A DNA stretch of 64,000 nucleotides from Verrucomicrobiia bacterium (GCA_035516795.1 DATIZX010000055.1:21412-85411); one strand, 5' to 3'; counted from the first letter of the stretch, positions 8,670 through 19,017 are shown. Made by a program: numbers and translations. The notes: generated by a model not told the origin, from the sequence alone.

Positions 8670-11129
8670 TTAGCCGCCCGAGAGGTCAGCGCTCGATCGA
8701 TTCGGGGTGCTGGTTTCGGTTCGCCCTATCTGCATGCCCATCAATGCGCGCGCCGGTTGGAACGCGAGTAAGATCACGACTATCATGCTGAAGAGCGTAA
8801 TTGCGATTCCCCATTTGAGCACCTGCGGCGAGAAACGCAAATGGATTTGGCCGGTTCCCGCTTGGGGAATGACAATGCCTTGGAATGCGCCAAAAGTCTC
8901 GATCAGTTGGTGGTGAGGACTTACCCCCCAACCCGGGTAAAATGTTTGCGAAATGAAGATGACCCCGGGCCGACTCACATTGTAGGTAATCAGATTGCTC
9001 TCGGGCGTGAGGCTCTCAAATTGGATCGAATCGTTGGTGCTCGCTTGTTGGCCATGCTCGTCCTCGTTCCCAACATCGAAACCGGGCATCTCGCAAACGG
9101 CTACTTCGTTTCGCCAGTCAAATTCGTCTTGAGCCAGCGCGTGTCGCAATTCATCTGGTGAATCGAAGTAACGGACTCGCGAAAAGAACCTGGCACGCGG
9201 GAATGAATTGGTCCGCGTGCCCAGCCAGTCCCTGCCCTGGGCATCTCGTTCCATGGTCACGCGGATATTTTGGATGGCAATCTTGGCTTCCTCATTGGTA
9301 ATCCCTTGAAACTGGGCGACCGAATCCACGTAAAAACCGGTATAGCCTTCGGGAACTTCCAAGAAGTCATGGAAATACGGAAGATTTCGAAACGTTGCGA
9401 TTTCCTCCCCAATTTTGCCGCGGATGATTTGTCCGAAGCGAAAGGGGCCGCGTTTTTCGCGATACTCCTTCAAGAGTACCAGCAGGCGGTTGCTCTTTGG
9501 ATAATACTCGTCCGGACTCACGCGGCCAGAATGGAAACTCCCATACGCGTGCTGGAAATCGACGAACGAAATCACGATCGCGGCACCCAGGCAAGTGACC
9601 TGCATCCGGCTCCGCTCGATCCAGGCTGTGCCGGTCATCGTCAGGGCGCAAATGATAATCACGCCCAACGCATACAGGGTTTCGTGCCGCGCCCAAAGGA
9701 GCCTCTTGGTGTCATGCAATCCTACAGCCAGATGTTCCCCGCCGACGAACAACGCCAAGACCAGGCACCCATACGCTGCTGCCGGCAGAAACAGAGGCCA
9801 GGTTCGTAACCGCGTCCCGCGTCGTTGTAAGAGCAAATTGATCGCGTAAGCAGTCAACATCCCCGCAGCCAGTGCAGCCACAGAAGTCATTCTCGCCGCC
9901 CCGCGAAACAGGGCTGCGCCGGGCACGAGATAATAGGCGAGATTGAACAAACCGCCGTATCTTCCAAGCGCGAACCACATGGCGCCAAACCAGGCAACCG
10001 TGAAAAACCCGACGGTCCCTTTGTCCGTGACTCGCTTCCAATTAAATAGGATGAGGAGCAATGCCAACCAGAAGATTTGTCCGACATAGGCCCCGAACTC
10101 CCAGTACTGCCAGTAACCCGGCCCGGCATTTACCGGGTGGAGACGCCGGACATTGGGGCTCTGGGGATCGAATCCCCAAAAGGTCACGGGCGGTGTTACG
10201 TCAGCCGTAGTTGTAGTGCCGAAGAAGTTGGGCACAAAGAGAGTGAGCAATTCATGGTACGGCAATGACGGGTCAGCGATTTCCTGGAAGGGCAGCTTCG
10301 GACGCCCGGAAAGCCACCAGTTTTGTATCGTGGGGAGTACCATGATCGCCGCGATACCGAAAACCAATGCGTACGCGGCGAGCTGTCGTGGAAGCTCGAC
10401 ATGGGCCAACCGGCACAGAGCCACTTTCCATGACCGATCGTCCTTGTGGTGATGCCGCAGGGAGAGATACAGCCAATACGCGATGACCAGATACCACCCA
10501 TAAAGCGTCGTTTGCGGAAATCCTGCAACGAGCGACATCAGCATGGCACTTAACAACCCCAGCCACGCCCACCGGCTGCCGGAACTTGTGAGACGATGGA
10601 CAAGAAGAAGTTGCAGCGGGAGCCAGGCGTACACCTGAATTTTCACGAAACTCACGACCATTAGCGACGCGAAACCTGAAAAGCAGAAGACAAGCGCGCC
10701 GCCCAGGGCCGCCATCGGATCGAGCTTGAGCTGCTTGAGAAACGCATACATACACAGGCCCGCAAATAGGTAGTGCAAAACGATGTATCTCTGGTAGACC
10801 AGGAACGGCAACCGTCCATTCTGCACGAAGGGAATCAACAGCCATTGCGGCGGATAGTAGACGGCCATTTCCGGGTCCGAATAGAATGGCATCCCATCAT
10901 GAACCCCCGGAATCCAGAGGGGAAACCGGCTCGCCTTGATCGATTTGGCGAAGTAGTTTACGCCCGGGTAAAACTCCGTCATGGTGTCATCCCAAATGAA
11001 ACCGCGGCCCGTGAGAAAATCCCAATAGAAGAACGTCAGGAATAATGCCAGGACCGCTACCGCCAGGACATCAGGAGCGATTCGTCTGAGACGCTGTTGA
11101 TCGAATGTCGGAGTCTCTTCCATCGACAA
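8670..11129 (-). CDS. YfhO-like polytopic membrane protein, paralog 2 (tandem duplicate)
   Basis: 819 aa. Strong colinear similarity to 6264..8657 along the whole length. 12-nt spacer to paralog 1. Confidence 0.65.
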   Translation of the reverse strand: MSMEETPTFDQQRLRRIAPDVLAVAVLALFLTFFYWDFLTGRGFIWDDTMTEFYPGVNYFAKSIKASRFPLWIPGVHDGMPFYSDPEMAVYYPPQWLLIPFVQNGRLPFLVYQRYIVLHYLFAGLCMYAFLKQLKLDPMAALGGALVFCFSGFASLMVVSFVKIQVYAWLPLQLLLVHRLTSSGSRWAWLGLLSAMLMSLVAGFPQTTLYGWYLVIAYWLYLSLRHHHKDDRSWKVALCRLAHVELPRQLAAYALVFGIAAIMVLPTIQNWWLSGRPKLPFQEIADPSLPYHELLTLFVPNFFGTTTTADVTPPVTFWGFDPQSPNVRRLHPVNAGPGYWQYWEFGAYVGQIFWLALLLILFNWKRVTDKGTVGFFTVAWFGAMWFALGRYGGLFNLAYYLVPGAALFRGAARMTSVAALAAGMLTAYAINLLLQRRGTRLRTWPLFLPAAAYGCLVLALFVGGEHLAVGLHDTKRLLWARHETLYALGVIIICALTMTGTAWIERSRMQVTCLGAAIVISFVDFQHAYGSFHSGRVSPDEYYPKSNRLLVLLKEYREKRGPFRFGQIIRGKIGEEIATFRNLPYFHDFLEVPEGYTGFYVDSVAQFQGITNEEAKIAIQNIRVTMERDAQGRDWLGTRTNSFPRARFFSRVRYFDSPDELRHALAQDEFDWRNEVAVCEMPGFDVGNEDEHGQQASTNDSIQFESLTPESNLITYNVSRPGVIFISQTFYPGWGVSPHHQLIETFGAFQGIVIPQAGTGQIHLRFSPQVLKWGIAITLFSMIVVILLAFQPARALMGMQIGRTETSTPNRSSADLSGG

Positions 11130-11144
11130 GGCTTGCGAACGATT

Positions 11145-12257
11145 TCAAACGCGTGCGACACGCCAGAGCAGCCACAGACCCAGCAATTCGAAAAGCAAAT
11201 CTGGTGACCAGAGAATCGCTTCCGGGTACAGGTAGGGACGACTCTTGAGCGTAGCGGCCACAACGGTAACAAAATAAAACAAGAGCGCCAACCCGAGGCT
11301 AATCGCGATGCCGACGGAAGTTTCGCGCCGGCTCGTCTTCAGACCGAGAGGGATGCCAATCAGGGTGAACGCCAGACAAGCGACAGCTCCGGCCACCCGT
11401 TGGTGAGCTTCCATCAAGGCGGCTGCCGGATAAATGCCCCGTTCGCGCAAGCCGCGAATCTCTTCGCACAATTCGGAAAATAGCAGATCGCCGAGTTGGC
11501 GCGAGGCGTGCGCCTGTCGCAAGGCGCTGCTCAGGTCCAACTCGATCGGATACCGCCGGGCGGTGGTGCCCGGCCTGATCTTGCTAATATTGGTCGGGTC
11601 TTTGGGATCGCGGAGGTCGCTGCGCACGTTGTACAGATCGAGCAACAATTTGTGCTCGGCCGGCCGGGTGGTCACGATCCCCTTTTCCGCCCGCAGACTC
11701 TGCTCGACGTTGTTGTGTTCATCGAGCTTGTACAGCATGACGTCTTCAATCACGTTTCCCTTTTTTCGGCCCACGTAAATCACATAACCGGGAAAATCTT
11801 TGATGTAGGTTCCTTCTTTGATCAATGACATGGGCCGCTCGGAGCCGAGCCGCACGAACATGGTCTTGAATTGAAAACGGGACCAAGGGGCGACCGTGGC
11901 ATTGATGAACAGACACACGAGGCTTACGATTGTGGCCAGGAGAATGATGGGGGCGACGATTTGTCCGAGGCTTACGCCACTGGCGCGCAGCGCCGTAATC
12001 TCGTTGTCGGCGCTCATTCGTCCGAATACCAGCAACGCGGTCGCCAGCATCGCCATCGGCAGTGAAAAGCTCAGCACGTTGGGCAACACCAGCAGGATAA
12101 ACATGCCCACCACATCCAGGCCCACATCGCCGTTCACCAGCAGATCACTGAGTTGTCTCAAGATTCGCGCCAGCAAGAGCACGAAGGTGAACACGCCGAT
12201 CGTAAAAAACAACGTGATGACCGCCTGGCGTGTGATATACTTCGGTAGAATTCTCAT
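11145..12257 (-). CDS. LptF/LptG-family LPS export permease (YjgP/YjgQ)
   Basis: 370 aa. N-terminal 3 TM helices, a periplasmic beta-jellyroll region and C-terminal TM helices, consistent with LptF/G family. 15 nt upstream of YfhO paralog 2 on the same strand. Confidence 0.8.
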   Translation of the reverse strand: MRILPKYITRQAVITLFFTIGVFTFVLLLARILRQLSDLLVNGDVGLDVVGMFILLVLPNVLSFSLPMAMLATALLVFGRMSADNEITALRASGVSLGQIVAPIILLATIVSLVCLFINATVAPWSRFQFKTMFVRLGSERPMSLIKEGTYIKDFPGYVIYVGRKKGNVIEDVMLYKLDEHNNVEQSLRAEKGIVTTRPAEHKLLLDLYNVRSDLRDPKDPTNISKIRPGTTARRYPIELDLSSALRQAHASRQLGDLLFSELCEEIRGLRERGIYPAAALMEAHQRVAGAVACLAFTLIGIPLGLKTSRRETSVGIAISLGLALLFYFVTVVAATLKSRPYLYPEAILWSPDLLFELLGLWLLWRVARV

Positions 12258-12262
12258 TCGCT

Positions 12263-15100
12263 GTGTGTACGACTAGCAACTTTTCCGTTCCAACGCCACG
12301 CAAAAGCTCTCTCAATCGTTTGGCCGAGGCGCTGGCCGAATGCTGCCGCACACAGTTGCTGCGCGAAAAATGGCTGTTGGTTCCCTCCTACCGCGTGGGG
12401 CAGCAATGGTTGGATGTGGTGGCTCGCGCTGGCCAGCCCGTGGTCAACGTCCACCTGAGAACTCTAGTGGCTCTTGCTCTGGAATTGGCCGGGCCCTCAC
12501 TCGCCCGAGACGGACTGCGTCCGCTCTCGCCACTCGCTCGCTTCGTCACGATAGGACGGGTGTTGCAGCAACATCGCGAATTTGACTACCTCGGCTCTCC
12601 TCCGGTCGGTCTTTCTCGGATTCAACAACTCGCCGCTACGCTGAGCGACTTACGATTGGCCGGATTGGGCCCGGACGATCTGGAACGAGTTCCATACGAA
12701 GCCGCTCAGAAGGGGCGCGACCTCATCGGCTTGCTCCGCGCTTATCTGGATCGATTGCGTCAGGATAAAATCGCGGATGAAGCCGACGTGTTGCGTCGGG
12801 CGTTGGCGGCAAACCTCAAACAAGACGTTCTTGTGCTCGTGCCCGACGACCTCGAACTCCCCGCGCTCGGAAAAAAGCTGATCGGCGGAATTCCTGATTC
12901 GCAACGAATCGAGCTACCCGTTGATCCTCCGTCCAGCCGAAGCGTCGACGACGTGTTTCGCGCCCTGGGCGAAACCAATGAAGTGCGGGGAGTATTGCGG
13001 CGTTGTCTGGCCAATGGCTGGCCACTCGATCAGGTCGAAATGGTCTCCACGGATTCCGATCTTTACGGCGGACTCAGTTATGAAGTCGCGGCGGCTTTGC
13101 ATCGTGAAGACTCTGTCACATTCGCCGACGGCATTCCCGTCCGCTACTCAAGGCCGGGGCGTGCGCTAACCGCGTGGCTGGCCTGGCGTCGCGCCGACTT
13201 CCCGCAGTCGTCGCTGGTAGCGATGGTCCGTGATGGACTCATCACAATCACCGAAGAAGTTTCGATTGCCCGTCTGGCTGGTGTCCTGCGGATCGTGCCG
13301 GTCGGCTTCGGACGCGAGCGCTACATGGCAAAGCTGGACGAATTTATCACCGGACTCACGCGCCAGTTTGCCGACGCGGATGAAGAACGCCGCCCTCATC
13401 TGGCACGTCGTCTCGAAATCGCGCGGTTGCTCCGTCCGATGATTGACGGTTTATTGCAGACCGCCAGCGGCCCATTGCTTTCGGATGCAGCCGTGTTTCT
13501 GCGGAACCATGCGCGCTGCGCTACCGAACTGGACAACAATGCTCGACAAGTGCTTCTCGAACGGATTGACGAAATGAGCCTGCTGCTGGCTCAGAACGAG
13601 ACCGCTCCCGTTGACGAGTCGGAATGGTTGGAAATGCTCGCGCGGGAAACACACGTTCTCGGTTCGGGTCCGCGTCCCGGTTGTCTCCACGTTGCGAGTA
13701 TTTGGTCTGGCGGTCATTCGGGCCGGCCCCACACGTTTATTCTGGGCCTGGACAGAGGACGATTTCCGCCAGCGGGCGGGCAGGATCCGGTGTTATTGGA
13801 CGAAGAACGACGATCGCTCTCGAATCATCTTCCGACTTCCCGCCAACAACGGGACCGAGTGCTGCAGCGATGGTCGGAGTTGCTCGCGCGTTTGCGCGGC
13901 CGCGCCACACTGAGTTATTCCTGTCGCAATCTGGCGGACGACTCCGAAATGTTCCCCAGCAGCGCCGTCCTTCAGCAACTCCACAATCCCAAAGAATTGC
14001 CGAATGCCATGGCACTCGCGCCGTCGCATGCCGAGGAAAGTTTGGATGGAACCGAATGGTGGCTGTGGCGCTTATGCGTGGACCGACCCGTACGTGCGCC
14101 GCTGGCGCTACTGGGCGAATGCTTCCCGCGCTTGGGACGTGGGCTGCAGGCTGCGCGGCAGCGTGCCAGCGAAGCATTCACAGCCTACGATGGCTTCGTA
14201 CCCGAAGCCGGGCCGAACCTCGATCCGGCTGGATTCCCCGACCGTCTGTTCTCGCCCAGTCGGCTGGAAACACTCGGCGCGTGTCCGCTGCGGTACTTCT
14301 ATCAGTATGCGTTGGGATTGGAAGTGCCGGACGAATTGGAGATGGATCCGCATCGCTGGCTACCTCCCGCCGAATCCGGGCAATTGCTGCACGAAGTGTT
14401 TTGCCGGTTCCTGCGCGACGGTGGAAAGCTGACGGACATTTTGCAGGAGCGGATCGAGCATTTTCGGAAAAAGTTTCCTCCGCCGAATGCCGGCGTATTT
14501 CGTCGCGAGTGCCGGGAGTTGGAACGCGCCGGGCGTATCTTTTTGGCGGAAGAGGAAGAATTACATTCGCACTGCCGGCCGCTGGACTTCGAGAGAGAGA
14601 TTAGTGACGTGCCGCTGCGCTTGCCGGACGGCACAGCCATTCACGTTCGGGGACGTATCGATCGCGTGGACGAAATGGATGGCGAACTCGCGCTGTGGGA
14701 CTACAAAACCGGCAGTACGTTTCGTTTTCGCGATACGCGCAAAGATCCGTTCGCGCAAGGCCGCGTGCTGCAGCACGCGCTGTATCTGGCGCTGGCCGAA
14801 GCTTATTATGGTCGGTCCGTCGCGCAGTTTGGTTATTTCTTTCCAACGGAAAAAGGGCGCGGCGAACGGTTGGTCTTCACGCCCGCTCAACTCGCGGACG
14901 CGCCCGGCCTTCTCGCGCGGCTGCGGCAACTGATCGCGCGCGGCGCCTTCCCGGCCACCAACACGGTCGCCGACTGCGCGTTTTGCGATTACCAGGCGGT
15001 TTGCGGCGACGTCGAAAACACAATTGCCCACAGCAGCCAGAAACTGGCGTCAGCCACCAATGACGTTTTGCAGCCGTTCCGGCAATTGCGTCTCCCATGA
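12263..15100 (+). CDS. AddB/RexB-like PD-(D/E)XK nuclease subunit of a helicase-nuclease (no Walker A; C-terminal Fe-S Cys cluster)
   Basis: 945 aa. C-terminal nuclease motifs (ALWDYKTG) and the CAFCDYQAVCG cysteine cluster are typical of AddB-type Fe-S nuclease domains. Overlaps the addA start by 4 nt. Start codon uncertain (only 6 nt from divergent lptFG). Confidence 0.7.
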   Translation: MCTTSNFSVPTPRKSSLNRLAEALAECCRTQLLREKWLLVPSYRVGQQWLDVVARAGQPVVNVHLRTLVALALELAGPSLARDGLRPLSPLARFVTIGRVLQQHREFDYLGSPPVGLSRIQQLAATLSDLRLAGLGPDDLERVPYEAAQKGRDLIGLLRAYLDRLRQDKIADEADVLRRALAANLKQDVLVLVPDDLELPALGKKLIGGIPDSQRIELPVDPPSSRSVDDVFRALGETNEVRGVLRRCLANGWPLDQVEMVSTDSDLYGGLSYEVAAALHREDSVTFADGIPVRYSRPGRALTAWLAWRRADFPQSSLVAMVRDGLITITEEVSIARLAGVLRIVPVGFGRERYMAKLDEFITGLTRQFADADEERRPHLARRLEIARLLRPMIDGLLQTASGPLLSDAAVFLRNHARCATELDNNARQVLLERIDEMSLLLAQNETAPVDESEWLEMLARETHVLGSGPRPGCLHVASIWSGGHSGRPHTFILGLDRGRFPPAGGQDPVLLDEERRSLSNHLPTSRQQRDRVLQRWSELLARLRGRATLSYSCRNLADDSEMFPSSAVLQQLHNPKELPNAMALAPSHAEESLDGTEWWLWRLCVDRPVRAPLALLGECFPRLGRGLQAARQRASEAFTAYDGFVPEAGPNLDPAGFPDRLFSPSRLETLGACPLRYFYQYALGLEVPDELEMDPHRWLPPAESGQLLHEVFCRFLRDGGKLTDILQERIEHFRKKFPPPNAGVFRRECRELERAGRIFLAEEEELHSHCRPLDFEREISDVPLRLPDGTAIHVRGRIDRVDEMDGELALWDYKTGSTFRFRDTRKDPFAQGRVLQHALYLALAEAYYGRSVAQFGYFFPTEKGRGERLVFTPAQLADAPGLLARLRQLIARGAFPATNTVADCAFCDYQAVCGDVENTIAHSSQKLASATNDVLQPFRQLRLP

Positions 15101-18100
15101 AAGCACCGGATCAAAAGCAACGCGCATTGATTGAAACCCGGCTCGATGCCACGGTGCTGGTCGAGGCGGCCGCTGGCACAGGCAAGACCACCGCCATGGT
15201 TCACCGCATGCTCGCGCTGGTAAAAGCCGGTCGCTGCCGAGTCGAGGAGATGGCTGCGGTGACGTTCACGCGTAAAGCGGCCGCGGAACTGCAAGAGAGA
15301 TTTCAAGCTGAACTGGCGAAGGTAGACGGACGGGACGCCGAGCCATGCTTTATCGGCACGGTCCATTCCTTTTGCGCGCGACTGCTGCGAGAGCGTCCCG
15401 TGGAAGCGGGCGTTGATCCATCGTTCGAGGAATTGGATGAGGAGCGGGACGCGCGTCTGCGGGAACGGGCCTGGGAAACCTTCGGCAACGAACTTTTTGC
15501 TAGCGACGATCCCGTGCTCGATGAACTGGAACGACTCGGCTTGACGCTGCCGGAACTTCGCGAGGCATTCCTGCAGTTTGCGGATTACCCGGATGTGGAT
15601 GAATGGCCTGCGCCCGCGGTGTCGGCGCCGCCGTTGAAGCCGGCGGTGGAAGCGTTGCGCGACTACGCCGAGCACATGAAAGCCGTTTTGCCGGCGGAGC
15701 ACGGTACGGATGAATTGTGCAGCCTGTTCCGCCGCGTCTTGCGGATGGTGCGGTCCCGCGACCTGAGTCGGCATTCTGACGTGGCAGAAATCTTCGAGCC
15801 CATCAAGCCGGAGCGAAAATGCACCCACAAGAATTGGCCGGGCGGCAAGGAACAGGCATTGCGTGAACACGAACGCTGGGACCGGTTCGCCATGGAAGTG
15901 GCCAAACCGTTTCTGGACGCCTGGCGGACACATCGGTATCCGACCGTGCTGAAAGTACTCCAGCGGGCGCGAGATGTTTACGACCGGCAACGACAGGCAG
16001 CGCATGGGTTGAACTTTCAAGATTTGCTGATGCGTGCTGCCGCCTTGTTGCGCGACCATCCTGAAATCCGCCGCTATTTCCGCCGGCGGTTTACCCACGT
16101 GCTGGTGGACGAATTCCAGGACACGGATCCGGTTCAGGCCGAAGTGCTGTTGTTACTCACGGCAGATAATCCAGACGAACGGGACTGGCGCAAATGCCGG
16201 CCGATGCCCGGCTCGCTGTTCATTGTGGGGGATCCGAAACAGTCCATTTACCGCTTTCGTCGCGCCGACATTGTGACTTACAACACTGTTAAGAACATCA
16301 TTGCCAGCACGGGTGGCTTGTGTGTCACGCTGGCGGCCAATTTCCGTTGCGCCGAGCCTTTGGTGGATTGGGTGAACGCGACCTTCAGGACGGGGAGGTT
16401 TTTCCCTGAAACCGCGGATGATTTTTCTCCCCAATATGTGCCTCTGTTGGTGGGTCGTGAGGACGTTTCCAAAGCGCCCGGCGTTTTCAGGATGATCAGC
16501 ACCGTGGCCAAAACCAAGCAAGATGACGTGGCCGCATACGAAGCCGATTTCCTGGCGCGTCATATCCGTGCCGCAATCGACAAAGGCGAGAGACGGCCGG
16601 GGGATTTTCTCGTTATCACCAGAACGAAAAAGCGCCTCAATGTGTATGCCACCGCGTTGCAGCGTCTCGGTATTCCGTACGAGGTGACGGGTGGAGGTTC
16701 TCTGAATGAGGTGCCGGAACTCGGTTTGTTGTACACCGCATTGCAGGCGGCGCTTGAGCCCGACAATCCCGTGGCACTGGTGACAGCGTTGCGTGGTGAA
16801 TTATTCGGATTGAGCGATCAGCAGTTATACGCTTACCGGAACGCAGGGGGACGATTCGATTTCCGTCATCCTGTTGGCGATGGTTTTTTTCAAGATGCGT
16901 TCGCCGCTCTTTCGCGGTATGCCGACTGGCTCATCAATCTGGCGCCGATTGTGGCGATCGACCGTATTGCCAGCGATCTTGGTCTGGTTCCACGGGCCGC
17001 TGCTGCAGTTGGAGGCGACGTCCAGGCCGGCAGTCTTGGCAAAGCCATCGAATTGCTCCGCAGCGCCCAAGCCGACGCGCCGACCGCTACGGAATTGGTG
17101 TCGCAGTTGGGCCGGTTGCTCGATCAGGCCGAGCAATATGATGGTGTCCGCGCCACTTCGCCGGCGGAGTCTGTTGTGCGGTTGATGAACTTGCATAAAG
17201 TCAAGGGTCTTCAAGCGCCGGTCGTGTTTCTGGCCGATCCGTCCGGCGCCTCGGAACACGCAGTGAGACTTCACGTGGACCGGAGCCGAAGCCGCGTCAC
17301 CGGCTACGTGGCGTTGTATGGCGAAACGAATGCATGGAGACAGGCTCCTCTACTGGCGCATCCACCAGATTGGGAATCGTTGGTCGCGCGGGAAGAGCAG
17401 TTTCAGGCTGCCGAGAATCACCGCCTGCTCTACGTCGCCGCCACACGCGCTCGGGATCAATTGGTTGTTTCGCTGCGCCGCCAGCGCGTGGAAGTCAATC
17501 CATGGCAGCCGTTGGAAATCAAACTGGACTCCGCCCCCCAACTGCCGGATCTTGGACCCCAGCCGGCACCGCCGGTCGAAAGCGTGAGCGTGGCAACTAA
17601 TGACGTTATCAAGGAAATGGATCAGATTCGCGGTCGCTGGGAAACAACGCTGGCCTCGACGTATCTCTCCCACGCCGCGAAGCAGGTCAGTTTTCCGGGT
17701 ACGCCAGTGGCCCCGCGCGATGAAACGAGAGGAGTGCGCTGGGGCGGCGTGATCCATTCCTTGTTGCAGGCCGCGATGAGCGCGCCGCAGACCCACTGGC
17801 CGGCGCTGGCTCCCGCCTTGCTGGAAGCTGCGGATTTGGACGGCTCGCTTGTCCAAGAAGCTGTGGAAACTGCTCGCAAGGTCATGAAGTCATCGGTCTG
17901 GCAACGGGCGATGCACAGCCAGCAGCGCTTTAGCGAATTACCATTTGTCGCACTCGGCGCCAACGACGGAGCCTTGGTGCGTGGCGTAATCGATCTCGCG
18001 TTTGAAGAGGCGGAGGGATGGGTCTTGGTGGACTACAAGACGGATCGGGCCTCGGAGCGGGAGTTGGATAAACTTGTGGAGAAGTATCATCTGCAGTTGG

Positions 18101-18201
18101 ACGCGTATCGCGCCGCCTGGACACAAATCATGCGGCAGCCGGTGAAAGAAATGGGTTTATATTTCACGCACCCGGACCGGTATTTGACGGTGGCACTATG
18201 A
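15097..18201 (+). CDS. AddA/RecB-like UvrD-family helicase with C-terminal PD-(D/E)XK nuclease
   Basis: 1034 aa. Walker A AAAGTGKT, UvrD/Rep helicase motifs (VDEFQDTD, FIVGDPKQSIYRFRRAD) and a C-terminal nuclease domain (VLVDYKTD). Confidence 0.85.
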   Translation: MKAPDQKQRALIETRLDATVLVEAAAGTGKTTAMVHRMLALVKAGRCRVEEMAAVTFTRKAAAELQERFQAELAKVDGRDAEPCFIGTVHSFCARLLRERPVEAGVDPSFEELDEERDARLRERAWETFGNELFASDDPVLDELERLGLTLPELREAFLQFADYPDVDEWPAPAVSAPPLKPAVEALRDYAEHMKAVLPAEHGTDELCSLFRRVLRMVRSRDLSRHSDVAEIFEPIKPERKCTHKNWPGGKEQALREHERWDRFAMEVAKPFLDAWRTHRYPTVLKVLQRARDVYDRQRQAAHGLNFQDLLMRAAALLRDHPEIRRYFRRRFTHVLVDEFQDTDPVQAEVLLLLTADNPDERDWRKCRPMPGSLFIVGDPKQSIYRFRRADIVTYNTVKNIIASTGGLCVTLAANFRCAEPLVDWVNATFRTGRFFPETADDFSPQYVPLLVGREDVSKAPGVFRMISTVAKTKQDDVAAYEADFLARHIRAAIDKGERRPGDFLVITRTKKRLNVYATALQRLGIPYEVTGGGSLNEVPELGLLYTALQAALEPDNPVALVTALRGELFGLSDQQLYAYRNAGGRFDFRHPVGDGFFQDAFAALSRYADWLINLAPIVAIDRIASDLGLVPRAAAAVGGDVQAGSLGKAIELLRSAQADAPTATELVSQLGRLLDQAEQYDGVRATSPAESVVRLMNLHKVKGLQAPVVFLADPSGASEHAVRLHVDRSRSRVTGYVALYGETNAWRQAPLLAHPPDWESLVAREEQFQAAENHRLLYVAATRARDQLVVSLRRQRVEVNPWQPLEIKLDSAPQLPDLGPQPAPPVESVSVATNDVIKEMDQIRGRWETTLASTYLSHAAKQVSFPGTPVAPRDETRGVRWGGVIHSLLQAAMSAPQTHWPALAPALLEAADLDGSLVQEAVETARKVMKSSVWQRAMHSQQRFSELPFVALGANDGALVRGVIDLAFEEAEGWVLVDYKTDRASERELDKLVEKYHLQLDAYRAAWTQIMRQPVKEMGLYFTHPDRYLTVAL

Positions 18202-18896
18202 TCAAAGTGGATTTGCACATGCATTCCGGCGAGGATCCGGAAGACGGCTTGCGTTATCCGGCGACCGCGCTGGTGGACAAGGCTGTCGAGCTTGGATTTG
18301 GCGCCATTGCGATCACGTTGCATAGTAAGGTGCTCGAAGATGAGCGGGTCTTCGACTACGCCCGTAAGAAAAGGCTGCTGCTGATTCGCGCGGCGGAATG
18401 GAATCTGGAGCGCGTAGATGTGTTGCTCTACAACATCACGCAAGCCGAGGCCGAGAAGATCCACACCTTCGCGGATTTGCGGGCCTTCAAAAAAGATCGG
18501 GGGGACGACCTGCTGATCGTGGCTCCGCATCCTTATTATCCGATTGGCCACAGCCTGAAAGGCAAATTGGAGCGTCACATTGATTTGTTCGATGCGATTG
18601 AGTACTCCCAAGTTCACCTGCCTTGGTTGAATCCCAGCAAGCGGGCTGAGGTCATTGCGCGGAAATATCACAAGCCAGTTATCGCCAATTCGGACACGCA
18701 TAGTCTCTGGATGTTTGGCCGACACTATACGGACGTGGATGCCGAGCCAACGATGCCTTCGATCTTTCTCGCGATCCGAGAGAATCGCGTCGAGTGGCAT
18801 AGTCCGCACATTTCCGTCTGGGAATGTCTGCGGATGTTCGTGTTCGATCCCTTGCTCGTGCGCAGATGCGGCAAGACTGTCAACAGCTTCGATTGA
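18198..18896 (+). CDS. PHP-domain phosphoesterase (polymerase/histidinol-phosphatase fold)
   Basis: 232 aa. N-terminal DLHMHS metal-binding motif, with internal His/Asp motifs (HPYYP, NSDTHS). Start ATG overlaps the addA stop (ATGA). Confidence 0.7.
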   Translation: MIKVDLHMHSGEDPEDGLRYPATALVDKAVELGFGAIAITLHSKVLEDERVFDYARKKRLLLIRAAEWNLERVDVLLYNITQAEAEKIHTFADLRAFKKDRGDDLLIVAPHPYYPIGHSLKGKLERHIDLFDAIEYSQVHLPWLNPSKRAEVIARKYHKPVIANSDTHSLWMFGRHYTDVDAEPTMPSIFLAIRENRVEWHSPHISVWECLRMFVFDPLLVRRCGKTVNSFD

Positions 18897-18953
18897 AGCA
18901 TCCGGTTCGCTCATGCAATGCCGAACCCATCCCCTGCGGTCTTGAGGTAAACT

Positions 18954-19017
18954 GATCGCCGCGGCGTTTTTGTAGTGTCCCAAAAAAATCCGAGATCTCA
19001 TTGCTTTTTTTTGGACA
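18954..19017 (+). terminator. putative terminator region: GC palindrome CGCCGCGGCG + T5, followed by a 13-bp A/T-run inverted repeat hairpin
   Basis: Seen directly: cgccgcggcgttttt at 18957-18971. tgtcccaaaaaaa (18977-18988) and ttttttttggaca (19005-19017) form an inverted repeat around a 16-nt spacer. Located between the PHP gene and mscS. Confidence 0.3.

Noticed and set aside
13624-14604. 326-aa alternative-frame ORF inside addB
   Set aside because: Same strand but a different frame from the 945-aa AddB-like CDS. The long CDS has coherent nuclease motifs and this one does not.
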